Source: Chloroflexota bacterium | GTDB lineage: Bacteria; Chloroflexota; Anaerolineae; Anaerolineales; Villigracilaceae | Reading direction: 5' to 3' | NCBI GenBank assembly: GCA_019873655.1 | Contig: JAIOAU010000001.1 | Span: 83,984-147,983, forward strand | Length of the DNA: 64,000 bases | Part shown: positions 53,850-62,769 of the stretch, piece after piece | Layout of the letters: each line of letters begins with the position of its first letter | Position numbering within the stretch: position 1 is the stretch's first letter | Notes under the pieces: generated by a model | The model's database searches: none | What the model was told of the DNA's origin: nothing | The model's input: only the letters and a program-made list of their open reading frames with translations | Program-made: the position numbers and the translations under genes

Positions 53850-55945
53850 GACCCCAGAATCGCGTTCTCGCCTTGCTGCTGGCGGCGGTTTTCCTGCTCC
53901 TGGCCTGTCAGGTGACGGGTCAGGTCACGCCGACCTCCGCGCCGGGCGCGCCTCTCGAAACGAGCGCCGTCACCCCCACGGCTACCCTGCCGCCCAACAC
54001 CGTGGCCGATCCCGAACTCGGCTTCACCATCACCTACCCGCGCGGCTGGACCACCCGGCCGGGCGAAAACGCCAACAATCCGGCCGTTTTCCTCAGCCCG
54101 GACCAGTCGGTTCAGGCTTTTCTCTATTCCTTCCCCCTCACGTCCGATACCACCGTCGAGGCCGAGGCGCGCCTGATCGAATCGGAGGTCATGGCCGATT
54201 TCGATACGGTCGAAATCCTGCGCGATGAGCCGTTCCTGCTGAATGACGGCAATCAGGCCTGGCAAATTGTGGCGCTCGCCCAGACGGATCAGGGCGCGCT
54301 CAAGGTCAGTTTCCTGGTCGCCTTCTTCGGGGCCCGCGAATTCCTCCTGCTGACTTTCGGCCCCTCGCAGGCGTTCGATCGTTACGCCAACGACATCCTC
54401 GCCCTGCAGACCAGCCTGCGCTTGGAACTACCCTCCTTGTACAACATCCCGCGCGACCAGGCGCTGGTCCTCTCGGGCGGCGAAAGCACCAACCCGCGCG
54501 AATATGACCCGGCCACCACCCACTCCGCCGGCGACAAACTGGTCTTCAGCGGTCTGGTCTCCTTCGATCCGAACCTGAACCTGGTGCCCGAACTGGCCGA
54601 GTCCTGGGAAATCTCTCCCGACGGCACGGTCTACACCTTCCACCTGCGCCGCAACGCCCGCTTCCACGACGGCCGGCCGGTCACCGCCCGCGACGTCGTC
54701 TACTCCTGGGAGCGGGCCGCCGACCCGGCCACCGACTCGGACACGGTTCTGACCTACTTGGGCGACATCGTCGGCGTCGAGGAGAGGGTCAACGGTCAGG
54801 CCGACCACATCTCCGGCCTGCGGGTGATCGACGACTACACCCTCGAAGTGACGATCAAGGCCCCCTTGCCTTATTTCCTGATGAAACTGACCTACCCCAC
54901 TGCCTTTGTGGTGGACGAAGCCAACGTGACCTCCGGCCCGGAATGGTACCGCACCCCGAACGGCACTGGCCCCTACCGCCTCATCCGCTGGGACAGTTTC
55001 GAGGTCATGATTTACGAGCGCAACCCCGATTTCTACCTCGGCCCGCCCGCCATCCCCTACGTGGTCGTCCAGTTATATTCGGGCGTCGGCATCCGTCTCT
55101 ATGAAGCCGGCGAAATAGACATCGCCAGCGTCTCGCCGTATGATGTTGCGCGGGTCACTGACCCGAACGAACGGTTGAGCGCCGAGGTCCGCAGCAGCGT
55201 TTCTCTCTGCACCACCTATGTCGTCTTCGACGTGGAACAGCCGCCGTTTGATGATGCGCGCGTACGGCAGGCTTTTACCCTGGCCTTCGACCGCCAGCGT
55301 TTCATTGACGTGGTTTACAACGGGGTGGGCGTTCCGGCCCGGGGGCTGTATCCGCCGGCTTTGCCGGGTCACGATGTGAACCTGCAAGGCTGGCCCTACG
55401 ACCCGGCCGCCGCCCGCCGCCTGTTGGCCGAGTCGCGCTACGGCGGCCCGGCCGGCCTGCCGCCCATCGTCTTCACCACGGCCGGTTACGGAAGCGATTC
55501 GAGCCCCGCGGTCGCGGCCATGGTGCAGATGTGGGAACAGAATTTGGGCGTCTCGATCACCGTCGAAAACATCGAACCGAATCTCTACTATGACCTCATC
55601 TACAGCGGTCAGCATGGGCAATTGATTTCCAGCGGCTGGTGCGCCGATTACCCCGATCCGGAAAACTTCGCCGATGTCCTCTTCCGCACCGGCGCGCCGC
55701 AAAACCTGGGCCATTACAGCAACCCTGCCCTGGACGCCCTCCTCGACGAGGCCCGCGTCGAACGCGACGTGAACCGCCGCATGCAACTCTACCAGCAGGC
55801 CGAACGCATCCTGGTCGAAGAGGCCCCGGCGCTTTTCATCATGCACGACATTGATTACGTGCTGGTCAAGCCCTACGTGGAGGGGTTTGTCCTGACCCCC
55901 ATTGACATTCCCCTCGAGCGTTATCTGTTCTTGGGCGAGCGGTAA
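53846..55945 (+). CDS. Family 5 ABC substrate-binding lipoprotein with an extra N-terminal domain of about 200 aa
   Basis: The ATG overlaps the upstream TGA as ATGA. Lipobox LLLAC. A DppA/OppA-like body starts near LVFSGLVSFDPNLNLVPELAESWE. Confidence 0.85.
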   Translation: MRPQNRVLALLLAAVFLLLACQVTGQVTPTSAPGAPLETSAVTPTATLPPNTVADPELGFTITYPRGWTTRPGENANNPAVFLSPDQSVQAFLYSFPLTSDTTVEAEARLIESEVMADFDTVEILRDEPFLLNDGNQAWQIVALAQTDQGALKVSFLVAFFGAREFLLLTFGPSQAFDRYANDILALQTSLRLELPSLYNIPRDQALVLSGGESTNPREYDPATTHSAGDKLVFSGLVSFDPNLNLVPELAESWEISPDGTVYTFHLRRNARFHDGRPVTARDVVYSWERAADPATDSDTVLTYLGDIVGVEERVNGQADHISGLRVIDDYTLEVTIKAPLPYFLMKLTYPTAFVVDEANVTSGPEWYRTPNGTGPYRLIRWDSFEVMIYERNPDFYLGPPAIPYVVVQLYSGVGIRLYEAGEIDIASVSPYDVARVTDPNERLSAEVRSSVSLCTTYVVFDVEQPPFDDARVRQAFTLAFDRQRFIDVVYNGVGVPARGLYPPALPGHDVNLQGWPYDPAAARRLLAESRYGGPAGLPPIVFTTAGYGSDSSPAVAAMVQMWEQNLGVSITVENIEPNLYYDLIYSGQHGQLISSGWCADYPDPENFADVLFRTGAPQNLGHYSNPALDALLDEARVERDVNRRMQLYQQAERILVEEAPALFIMHDIDYVLVKPYVEGFVLTPIDIPLERYLFLGER

Positions 55946-56000
55946 ACGAGTCGTCTCGAAAGCAGGGCGGAATGCCGCTCCGCCGTCGCATGCGACGTAA

Positions 56001-56051
56001 AACAAAGGCAGAGAGCGCCCTATTGGGCGGTCTCTGCTTTCGTTTCTTCTT
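56001..56051. terminator. Bidirectional terminator between convergent genes
   Basis: GCAGAGAGCGCCC-TATT-GGGCGGTCTCTGC with an A-rich run upstream and TTTCGTTTCTTCTT downstream. Confidence 0.65.
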
Positions 56052-56062
56052 GGGACAGGCCC

Positions 56063-56989
56063 TTACCTGACCTCCACCAGGAATTCCACCCGCTCGATGG
56101 GCGGGCCGACGCTGCTGACCGAGAACTCGAAGGGCAGGCTTTCTCCGGCGTTCAGCGGCGCAGCCGACTCCCACCGGCGCAGACCGACCACCTGTCCGGC
56201 CGCGTCGTAGGCTGTCCCCAGCACCCAGACCAGATTGGCCGTCCGGCCGGGGGTCGTCAGCCGGACCTGACCGCGCACGCGCGCCGTCCGTCTGCTCCAG
56301 TCCATCTCGGTCAGCGTATTTTCGACGGCGGCGCTCAGATAACGCTCGTCGTCCGGCAGGAGCCGGATGGCGGTCAACCATTGGACCTGGAGGGCCGCCC
56401 CTTCGGGCGCGGGCGGGGGGAAATAGACCGCCACCGGCATCGTCTGGCCGGCCGGCAGGATGTCGAGCGGCGCAAAGGCCGTCTGTTGGAGGACCGCTTG
56501 GCCGTTGGCATCGAGCAGGGTGAACTGGAGCGAGAGATTCTCCAGCGTTTCGGCGTAATCGTTCTGCGTCAGCGCCACGCACCACAGCCCGCCGCCCGTC
56601 AGCGGCCAGCAGCGCGCCTGCCGGATGGTGAGCGGCACAGGCGTGGGCGTCGGTTGACCCGAGACGTTGCCGCCGACCGGGATGTTGAGCGTCATCCCAA
56701 CGGTCAGCGCCGTCGGCGAGACGCCGGGGTTGGCGGCCATCAGGTCTTCCAGCGGAACGTTGAAGCGCGAGGCGATTCCGCTCAAGGTATCTCCCTGGCG
56801 GACGGTGTAAGTCAGCGGCGTAGGCGTGGGCAGCAGGACTTCGGTCTGCGCCAGGAGGGGACTGGGCGAGGGCGAAGGGGTCGCCGTCTGATAGGGCCGG
56901 AGAGGCGGCTGATCGGCGACGGGCGCGGCGGGCGCGCCGCAGGCGGTCAGCCCGAACAGGAACAACGCCAGCAAGAAGCGCAGACGCAT
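56063..56989 (-). CDS. LysM-domain lipoprotein
   Basis: Lipobox in MRLRFLLALFLFGLTAC. LysM domain YTVRQGDTLSGIASRFNVPLEDLMAANP. Confidence 0.75.
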   Translation of the reverse strand: MRLRFLLALFLFGLTACGAPAAPVADQPPLRPYQTATPSPSPSPLLAQTEVLLPTPTPLTYTVRQGDTLSGIASRFNVPLEDLMAANPGVSPTALTVGMTLNIPVGGNVSGQPTPTPVPLTIRQARCWPLTGGGLWCVALTQNDYAETLENLSLQFTLLDANGQAVLQQTAFAPLDILPAGQTMPVAVYFPPPAPEGAALQVQWLTAIRLLPDDERYLSAAVENTLTEMDWSRRTARVRGQVRLTTPGRTANLVWVLGTAYDAAGQVVGLRRWESAAPLNAGESLPFEFSVSSVGPPIERVEFLVEVR

Positions 56990-57005
56990 GAGGCCCTTCG
57001 CGGCG

Positions 57006-58817
57006 CTAGAGGGCGTTGGAACGCGTGGCAATCCGGTCTTTGGCGCGGGCGATGAATTCGGCCAGGGGGATATTGTCGGCCCGCGAGCCGTCGCGCAGGC
57101 GCAGGGAGACCGTCCCTGCCTGGGCTTCGTTTTCGCCCACCACCAGCATGTAGGGGACTTTCATCAGTTGCGCCTCGCGAATCTTGGCGTTCATGCGCTG
57201 GGCGCTCAGGTCGGCGCTGACGCGCAGGCCCTGGGCGCGCAGTTGACGCATGACGCTCTCGGCGTACTCGTTCTGGTTATCGGTGATGGGGATGACGCGG
57301 GCGTGTTCCGGGCTGAGCCAGACCGGGAAGTTGCCGGCGTAGTGTTCGAGCAGGAAACCGATGAAGCGTTCGTGGGTGGAGAGGGGAGCGCGATGGATGC
57401 AGAGCGGCGTCTCCTCGACCCCGTCCTTGCTCATGTACTTCAGGTCGAAGCGCGCCGGGACGGCGAAATCCACCTGATTGGTCGCCAGGGTGAATTCGCG
57501 GCCGATGGCCGACCAGATTTGCACATCCACCTTGGGGCCGTAGAAGGCGGCCTCGTCCTGGGCTTCTTTGAAGGGGACGTTGCCGTTGATCAAGGCGCGG
57601 CGCACCATCTCCTCGGTCTTGAGCCACAGGCGTTCGTTGTCCACGTATTTCTTGCCGAGGCCGGCTTTGCTGTGCAGACTGAGGCGCATGACGTACTTCT
57701 GGATGCCGAACAGGTCGAAGTATTTCTTATACAGGTCGATGACGGCCATGAACTCCTGTTCGAATTGCTCCTCGGTGCAGTAGATGTGGGCGTCGTTCAT
57801 CTGCATCGAGCGGACGCGCATCAGGCCGAAGAGTTCGCCCGATTTCTCGTAGCGGTAGCAGGTGCCGTACTCGGCCAGGCGGATGGGCAGGTCTCGGTAG
57901 GAGCGCGGCCTGGAGGCGAAGATTTTGTGGTGCATCGGGCAGTTCATCGGCTTGACGTAGTAGCGCACGCCCTCGATTTCCATCGGCGGGTACATCGACT
58001 CGGCGTAATAGGGCAGGTGGCCGGAGCGCAGGAACAAGTCCTCTTTGGTCAGGTGCGGCGTGCGGACGCGCAGATAACCGGCCTGTTCTTCCATCTCTTT
58101 GGCGAGTTTCTCCAGTTCCTCGATGAGCACGCCGCCGCGCGGCAGCCAGAGCGGCAGGCCGGGGCCGACCTCGTCCTCGAAGATGAAGATTTCCAATTCC
58201 CTGCCCAGTTTGCGGTGATCGCGGGCTTTGGCCTCTTCGAGCATCTTGAGGTATTGTTTGAGTTCGTCGGGCGTGCGCCAGGCCGTGCCGTAGATGCGGG
58301 TCAGCATCTTGTTCTTCTCGTCGCCGCGCCAGTAGGCCCCGGCGATGGACATCAATTTGATCGCCGCCGGGTTGATCTGGCGGGTCGACTCGACGTGCGG
58401 GCCGCGGCACAAATCCACGAAGGTGTCATGCTGGTAGATGGAAATCTCCGGCTTCTCGGTCAGGGGATTGCCGTCTTCGTCGAACGCGCCCTGTTCCAGC
58501 CCGTCGATCAGTTCCAGTTTGTAGGGCTGGTCCTTGAAAATCTGGCGCGCCTCCTCGGCCGTGACGACTTTGCGGATGAATGGATGGCCGCCGGCGATGA
58601 TCTGGCGCATGCGTTTTTCGATCTTTTCCAGGTCTTCTTCTTTGATCGGCTCCGGCAAATCGAAGTCGTAGTAGAAACCGTTCTCGACCGGCGGACCGAT
58701 GGTGTACTTGGCCTGGGGATAGAATTCGAGCACTGCCTGCGCCATGATATGCGCCGCCGAGTGGCGGATGCGGTACAGTTGCGAATCTTCGTAGCGTTCT
58801 TCGGGTTGGTTTGACAT
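57006..58817 (-). CDS. thrS: Threonine--tRNA ligase lacking the N-terminal TGS domain
   Basis: Editing-domain RHSAAHIMAQAV near the N-terminus, class II core motifs, HRAPLSTHERFIGFL and a C-terminal anticodon-binding domain. Confidence 0.95.
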   Translation of the reverse strand: MSNQPEERYEDSQLYRIRHSAAHIMAQAVLEFYPQAKYTIGPPVENGFYYDFDLPEPIKEEDLEKIEKRMRQIIAGGHPFIRKVVTAEEARQIFKDQPYKLELIDGLEQGAFDEDGNPLTEKPEISIYQHDTFVDLCRGPHVESTRQINPAAIKLMSIAGAYWRGDEKNKMLTRIYGTAWRTPDELKQYLKMLEEAKARDHRKLGRELEIFIFEDEVGPGLPLWLPRGGVLIEELEKLAKEMEEQAGYLRVRTPHLTKEDLFLRSGHLPYYAESMYPPMEIEGVRYYVKPMNCPMHHKIFASRPRSYRDLPIRLAEYGTCYRYEKSGELFGLMRVRSMQMNDAHIYCTEEQFEQEFMAVIDLYKKYFDLFGIQKYVMRLSLHSKAGLGKKYVDNERLWLKTEEMVRRALINGNVPFKEAQDEAAFYGPKVDVQIWSAIGREFTLATNQVDFAVPARFDLKYMSKDGVEETPLCIHRAPLSTHERFIGFLLEHYAGNFPVWLSPEHARVIPITDNQNEYAESVMRQLRAQGLRVSADLSAQRMNAKIREAQLMKVPYMLVVGENEAQAGTVSLRLRDGSRADNIPLAEFIARAKDRIATRSNAL

Positions 58818-58822
58818 CTCTC

Positions 58823-59122
58823 AATCCTTTCAGGGCGAAGGAGAATGGACGCCCATCCTCTCTGCTCAAAATAAAACGCTCTCGCCTCCAGTTCGGGGCG
58901 AGAGCATAACGACTCACGCGGTTCCACCCGATTTGCCGCCTGCGGCGGCATCTCATTGCGACCGATAACGGGGCCGACCGTTTCCCTTACTGCGCCGGAG
59001 GCGGTTGGGGGTCACGCTCGCGGGGGGTTTTCGGCGGGGGCGCCCGGAATCGGCTCTCAGTCTATGGCCGCTTCTCCCTGTCAGGGCCGGGTCCGCCTAC
59101 TCGTCCCGGTCAACGCGTTGGA
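58823..59122 (-). promoter_or_regulatory. T-box leader (tRNA-sensing riboswitch) of thrS
   Basis: On the minus strand: T-box sequence AAUCGGGUGGAACCGCG (58914-58932), F-box-like CCGUUA, AG-rich stem I elements (CAGGGAGAAG, CUGAGAG), candidate ACC specifiers and a terminator. Confidence 0.8.
58868..58905 (-). terminator. T-box terminator helix
   Basis: On the minus strand: GCUCUCGCC-loop-GGCGAGAGC followed by GUUUUAUUUU. Confidence 0.75.
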
Positions 59123-59129
59123 TGGGGGT

Positions 59130-59157
59130 ATTATATGCCTTTCTGATTGGCTGTCAA
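59130..59157 (-). promoter_or_regulatory. Promoter of the thrS T-box leader
   Basis: On the minus strand: TTGACA (59157-59152), 16 nt, TATAAT (59135-59130). Confidence 0.65.
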
Positions 59158-59165
59158 GCGCGGCG

Positions 59166-59750
59166 CTACTGCCCGCCGCGCATGACGATTGGGAGCCAGT
59201 CTTTGAAGGTCTCCATGTGCGTCCACAGCGAGCCGTAGAACGTGAACGCCCACAACAACGCGGTGACGAGTAGGAAGAGCGCCCCCAGCAGGCGCAGGAA
59301 TTTGTATTTCCTCATCAGACCAAGCGCCGGAACGGCCAGGACGCCGCCCAGCCCGGCCATGATGAAGCCAACGCCGGACATCAGCGGCTCCTTGGTCAAT
59401 TCCAGCGAGATGATTCGCACCCCGACGATGACCGCGTACACACCGGCGAAGAAGGCAAAAATGGTCACCGGCGTCAGACTCCAGCGCTTGTAGATGGCGA
59501 TGGCGGTCGCGAAGAAAACCGCCCCGAACAGGGTGGTGGCCTCGCCATAGGCAATGTTGTAACTGCCCGGCAGCGGCCAGGTGAAGGTAAGCACTAAGCC
59601 CAGGATAAGCCCCAGCAGACCGACAATGCCAAAGCCGGCAGCAAAAGGCTGTTGATCCTCGGCGTCCAGGCCCTGATAGAGATAGTAAGCCAGGATGGCC
59701 GTCCCGGCGACCAGGTTGATCATAATGAGGGTGAGGTAGTCGATAAACAT
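59166..59750 (-). CDS. DUF981-like polytopic membrane protein
   Basis: Six or seven TM segments. An AAAGGAG Shine-Dalgarno lies upstream. The family call is from memory of the DUF981 pattern. Confidence 0.55.
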   Translation of the reverse strand: MFIDYLTLIMINLVAGTAILAYYLYQGLDAEDQQPFAAGFGIVGLLGLILGLVLTFTWPLPGSYNIAYGEATTLFGAVFFATAIAIYKRWSLTPVTIFAFFAGVYAVIVGVRIISLELTKEPLMSGVGFIMAGLGGVLAVPALGLMRKYKFLRLLGALFLLVTALLWAFTFYGSLWTHMETFKDWLPIVMRGGQ

Positions 59751-59810
59751 TTCTTTGCTCCTTTCCTGTATTTAGGTAATTATAGTCCTATTTATCGTAT
59801 TAGCATAGAG

Positions 59811-59836
59811 AATAAAAAAAGCCCCGGATGGGGCTT
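59811..59836 (-). terminator. Terminator after tRNA-Val
   Basis: On the minus strand: AGCCCC-AUCC-GGGGCU followed by U7. Confidence 0.5.
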
Positions 59837-59841
59837 TGCTG

Positions 59842-59915
59842 TGGGCGGAATAGGGCTCGAACCTACGACCTCTGCTATGTCAAAGCAGTGCTCTAACCAA
59901 CTGAGCTATCCGCCC
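59842..59915 (-). tRNA. tRNA-Val (anticodon GAC)
   Basis: A 74-nt cloverleaf: GGGCGGA/TCCGCCC acceptor, GCTC/GAGC D stem, CTGCT-TTGACAT-AGCAG anticodon arm, GTAGG-TTCGAGC-CCTAT T arm. CCA is not encoded. Confidence 0.9.
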
Positions 59916-59929
59916 GGTAGCGAGGGCAT

Positions 59930-59958
59930 ATTATACCGGCGGTGTCCAAAATTGACAA
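59930..59958 (-). promoter_or_regulatory. Promoter of tRNA-Val
   Basis: On the minus strand: TTGTCA, 17 nt, TATAAT. It lies about 14 nt upstream of the tRNA 5' end. Confidence 0.6.
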
Positions 59959-60012
59959 GCGGAATCGGGCCAAAATCGCCGCTCCCGCCTGCCGTGCGGT
60001 ATAATTCCCGCC

Positions 60013-60954
60013 GTGAGCAAGACCAAGCGACCCGAAGACCTGTCTGTGGACGAACTGCGCCGCCTGCTCCTCGAGAAACGGCGGGTGGCGCGTCAGGAAC
60101 GGCTGGAGCGTTTCCGCCGCACCGGCCGGGCGCTGCGCTTGACCGTCGAGCAGCCGCCAGCCGGCAGGGCTGACTTGCCAGCGGAAGCCTCGCTGCCGAT
60201 CGCGCCCGCCGAGGAAGAGGAAACGCCCGCCGCGCCGCTCGACGCCCGCGCCCTGCTCCAGCAGCGCCGCCGGCGGATGATGGACCGGATTCTGGTCGCG
60301 GTCGAAATTCTGGCAATTGTGGGTCTGTTCGGCGTGCTGGCCAACGGCTTCGGACTGTTGCGCACGCTCAACCAGGAGGTGGCCGCTGCCTTGCAGCAGG
60401 AGACTCTGACGCCCACTCCCCTCATCACCGCGGTCGTCCTTCCGGGCGGGCACACCCCGCCGACCGCCGCCGGCGGCGCTCAGTTCAACGAGGCCGAGAT
60501 TCCCGAACATTTGCGCCCTCTCGTCCAGTCGATTGCCAACGTCCCCATCCCCACCCCCGGCCCCCAGCAGCCGGTCCGCATTCAGATTCCGGCCATCGAG
60601 GTCGACGCGCCCGTCGTCCAGGGCGACGGCTGGGAGCAGTTGAAGAAGGGCGTCGGTCATCACATCGGCTCGGCCAACCCGGGCCAAAACGGCAATCTCG
60701 TTCTGACGGCGCACAACGACATCTTCGGCGAAATCTTCCGCGACCTCGACCGTCTGGTTCCGGGCGATCTGATCATTGTGTACACCTTGCAGCGCCAGTA
60801 CGTCTATGTCGTCACCGAGACGCGCATCATCGCCCCGACCGAGGTCGAGGTCATGCTGCCGACTCCCGACGCCACCGTCACGCTCATTTCATGCTACCCA
60901 TATATGGTAGACAACCAGCGCATCGTTGTCTTCGGCAAACTTCAAACCCCCTAG
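60013..60954 (+). CDS. Class E-like sortase
   Basis: LTAHND (His), TLISCYP (Cys) and a downstream Arg, plus a TM segment (ILVAVEILAIVGLFGVL). The start is uncertain: GTG 60013 or ATG 60277. Confidence 0.8.
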   Translation: MSKTKRPEDLSVDELRRLLLEKRRVARQERLERFRRTGRALRLTVEQPPAGRADLPAEASLPIAPAEEEETPAAPLDARALLQQRRRRMMDRILVAVEILAIVGLFGVLANGFGLLRTLNQEVAAALQQETLTPTPLITAVVLPGGHTPPTAAGGAQFNEAEIPEHLRPLVQSIANVPIPTPGPQQPVRIQIPAIEVDAPVVQGDGWEQLKKGVGHHIGSANPGQNGNLVLTAHNDIFGEIFRDLDRLVPGDLIIVYTLQRQYVYVVTETRIIAPTEVEVMLPTPDATVTLISCYPYMVDNQRIVVFGKLQTP

Positions 60955-60964
60955 GAGTACGTTC

Positions 60965-61153
60965 ATGAGTAAAAAGACCAAAGCCTCGCGCCTCGGCGCC
61001 TCGACCAGCGGCAAGCCTTTCGAGTTCAATCCCGATTACAGTCAGGTGAAACGCGACCTGCGCCGCATCGGCATCCTGGCCGCCATTTTCGTCAGCGTTC
61101 TGGTGATTCTCTCCTTCTTCCAGGAACAGATTCTGGCCCTGTTCGTCAAATAG
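60965..61153 (+). CDS. 62-aa single-TM hypothetical protein
   Basis: An AGGAG Shine-Dalgarno lies 7 nt before the ATG at 60965. TM segment IGILAAIFVSVLVILSFF. Confidence 0.5.
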   Translation: MSKKTKASRLGASTSGKPFEFNPDYSQVKRDLRRIGILAAIFVSVLVILSFFQEQILALFVK

Positions 61154-61227
61154 GCGCGCCCCGGATTCTCCTCGCAGAGCACGGCGACCCCGTGCTTTTT
61201 GCATCTCGGCTCAAGGCCGGTTGAGAT

Positions 61228-62472
61228 TTGCCTGCCTCGATGGACAACGACCAGACGGTTACCCTGCGTCTAGAGCGCTTTGCCTACGGCGGCGAGGCCC
61301 TCGGCCGCCTGCCAGACGGCCGGGTGGTTTTCGTCCCGTTTGCCCTGCCGGGGGAGCGGGTGCGCGCCCGGGTCGTTGAGGCCCGGCGCGGCCATCTGCG
61401 GGCCGAATTGCTCGAGGTGCTCGATCCGGCCCCGGGACGGGAGAGGCCGCGCTGTCGGCATTTCGGCGTCTGCGGCGGCTGTCATTATCAGCACCTGTCC
61501 TACGCCGCCCAAACGGAGGCCAAGGCCGCCGTCCTGGACGACCTGCTGAGGCGGATCGGGAAAATCGAGGCCCCGCCGCTCCGGCCGATCGTCGCCGCGC
61601 CGCAGGCCTGGAATTACCGCAATCACGTCCAGTTTCACCTGACGCCCGACGGCCGCCTGGGGTTCATGGAGGCCCGCTCGGCGGCCGTCCTGCCCATCGA
61701 GGAATGTCACCTGCCCGAAGGCCCGCTCAACGACCTGTGGCCAGTCCTGCAGTTCGACGCTGGCCTGGGGCTGGAGCGCGTCTCGCTGCGCCTGGGGACG
61801 GACGGCGAGGTGATGCTGGCGCTCGAGTCGCCGGAAGCGCCGGCCCTGGAACTGGAAGCGGATCTCTCCGTCGTCCATCTGCGCGGCGACGAGGCGCTGG
61901 TGCTGGCCGGCGACGAGGCCCTGACGATGACGGTCAATGGCCGCGCGTTTCGCGTCTCGGCCGGTTCTTTCTTTCAGGTCAACACGGCCATGGCCGGGCG
62001 GATGGTCCAGGATTTGCTCGAGCGCCTGCCGTTGACTCCCCAGGCGACCGTCCTGGAACTGTATTGCGGCGTCGGCCTGTTCAGCGCCTTTCTCGCCGAA
62101 CGCGTCGGCCGGCTGATCGGCGTCGAGGCCGCTCCCTCCGCCTGCCGGGACTTCGTCGTCAACCTGGACGAGTTCGAGAATGTAGAGTTATATGAAGGCG
62201 CGGTCGAGGACGTCCTGCCCGCCCTGGACGTGCGCCCCCAAATCGTGCTGGTCGACCCGCCGCGCGCCGGCCTGGAGCGGCGCGCCCTGGAGGCGCTGCT
62301 GGCTCTCCGGCCGGAGACCTTGGCCTACGTTTCGTGCGATCCCTCGACGCTGGGGCGCGACGCCCGCCGCCTGCTCGACGGCGGCTACCGCCTGGTCGAG
62401 GTCACGCCCTTCGACCTCTTTCCCCAAACCTATCACATCGAGTCGATTTCGCTGTTCGAAAAACAAGAGTAA
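61228..62472 (+). CDS. TRAM-domain, Fe-S, SAM-dependent RNA (uracil-5)-methyltransferase (RumA/TrmA family)
   Basis: Motifs CRHFGVCGGCHYQH, DPPRAG and VSCDPSTLGRD. The start is TTG 61228 or ATG 61240. Confidence 0.85.
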   Translation: MPASMDNDQTVTLRLERFAYGGEALGRLPDGRVVFVPFALPGERVRARVVEARRGHLRAELLEVLDPAPGRERPRCRHFGVCGGCHYQHLSYAAQTEAKAAVLDDLLRRIGKIEAPPLRPIVAAPQAWNYRNHVQFHLTPDGRLGFMEARSAAVLPIEECHLPEGPLNDLWPVLQFDAGLGLERVSLRLGTDGEVMLALESPEAPALELEADLSVVHLRGDEALVLAGDEALTMTVNGRAFRVSAGSFFQVNTAMAGRMVQDLLERLPLTPQATVLELYCGVGLFSAFLAERVGRLIGVEAAPSACRDFVVNLDEFENVELYEGAVEDVLPALDVRPQIVLVDPPRAGLERRALEALLALRPETLAYVSCDPSTLGRDARRLLDGGYRLVEVTPFDLFPQTYHIESISLFEKQE

Positions 62473-62498
62473 GTCAAGAGAGTGAACCGATTCGACCT

Positions 62499-62618
62499 TT
62501 TTGCTGCAAAGATTGTCTGGGAGGTAAAAGCATCGAATTTCACGAATTCTCCAAATCTTTTTCGTAAAATTCGTGTCATTCGATGCTGAAAAGCAGCAAC
62601 GCGCCAGCCGCAGCAAAA
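62499..62618. repeat. Nested imperfect inverted repeat of about 120 nt in an AT-rich patch
   Basis: TTTTGCTGC (62499-62507) pairs with GCAGCAAAA (62610-62618). GCATCGAAT (62530-62538) pairs with ATTCGATGC (62578-62586). CACGAATT (62541-62548) pairs with AATTCGTG (62568-62575). Confidence 0.55.
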
Positions 62619-62730
62619 CATGATTCACCCCAAATTTAATCATTGTGGGTAGAATGAGCCCCCACCCCTGCCCTCGCGAAGCACACCCGCAGGGTGCTCC
62701 CCCACAATTCGGGGGAGGGGGAATTGAATT

Positions 62731-62769
62731 GGGGGTTGTGGGAGCAGAAGATCTGCTCCCACAACCCCC
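62731..62769. repeat. Perfect 17-bp stem, 5-nt loop palindrome
   Basis: GGGGGTTGTGGGAGCAG-AAGAT-CTGCTCCCACAACCCCC, flanked by further G/C-run half-palindromes. Confidence 0.75.

Noticed and set aside
56988-58814. 608-aa plus-strand ORF
   Set aside because: It lies antisense to thrS, which has unambiguous class II synthetase motifs.
59952-60005. A single plus-strand promoter for the sortase built from TTGACA (59952-59957) and TATAAT (60000-60005)
   Set aside because: The two hexamers are 42 nt apart, far beyond functional spacing. The TTGACA overlaps the minus-strand tRNA-Val -35 region (its complement, TGTCAA, contains the TTGTCA box's bases).
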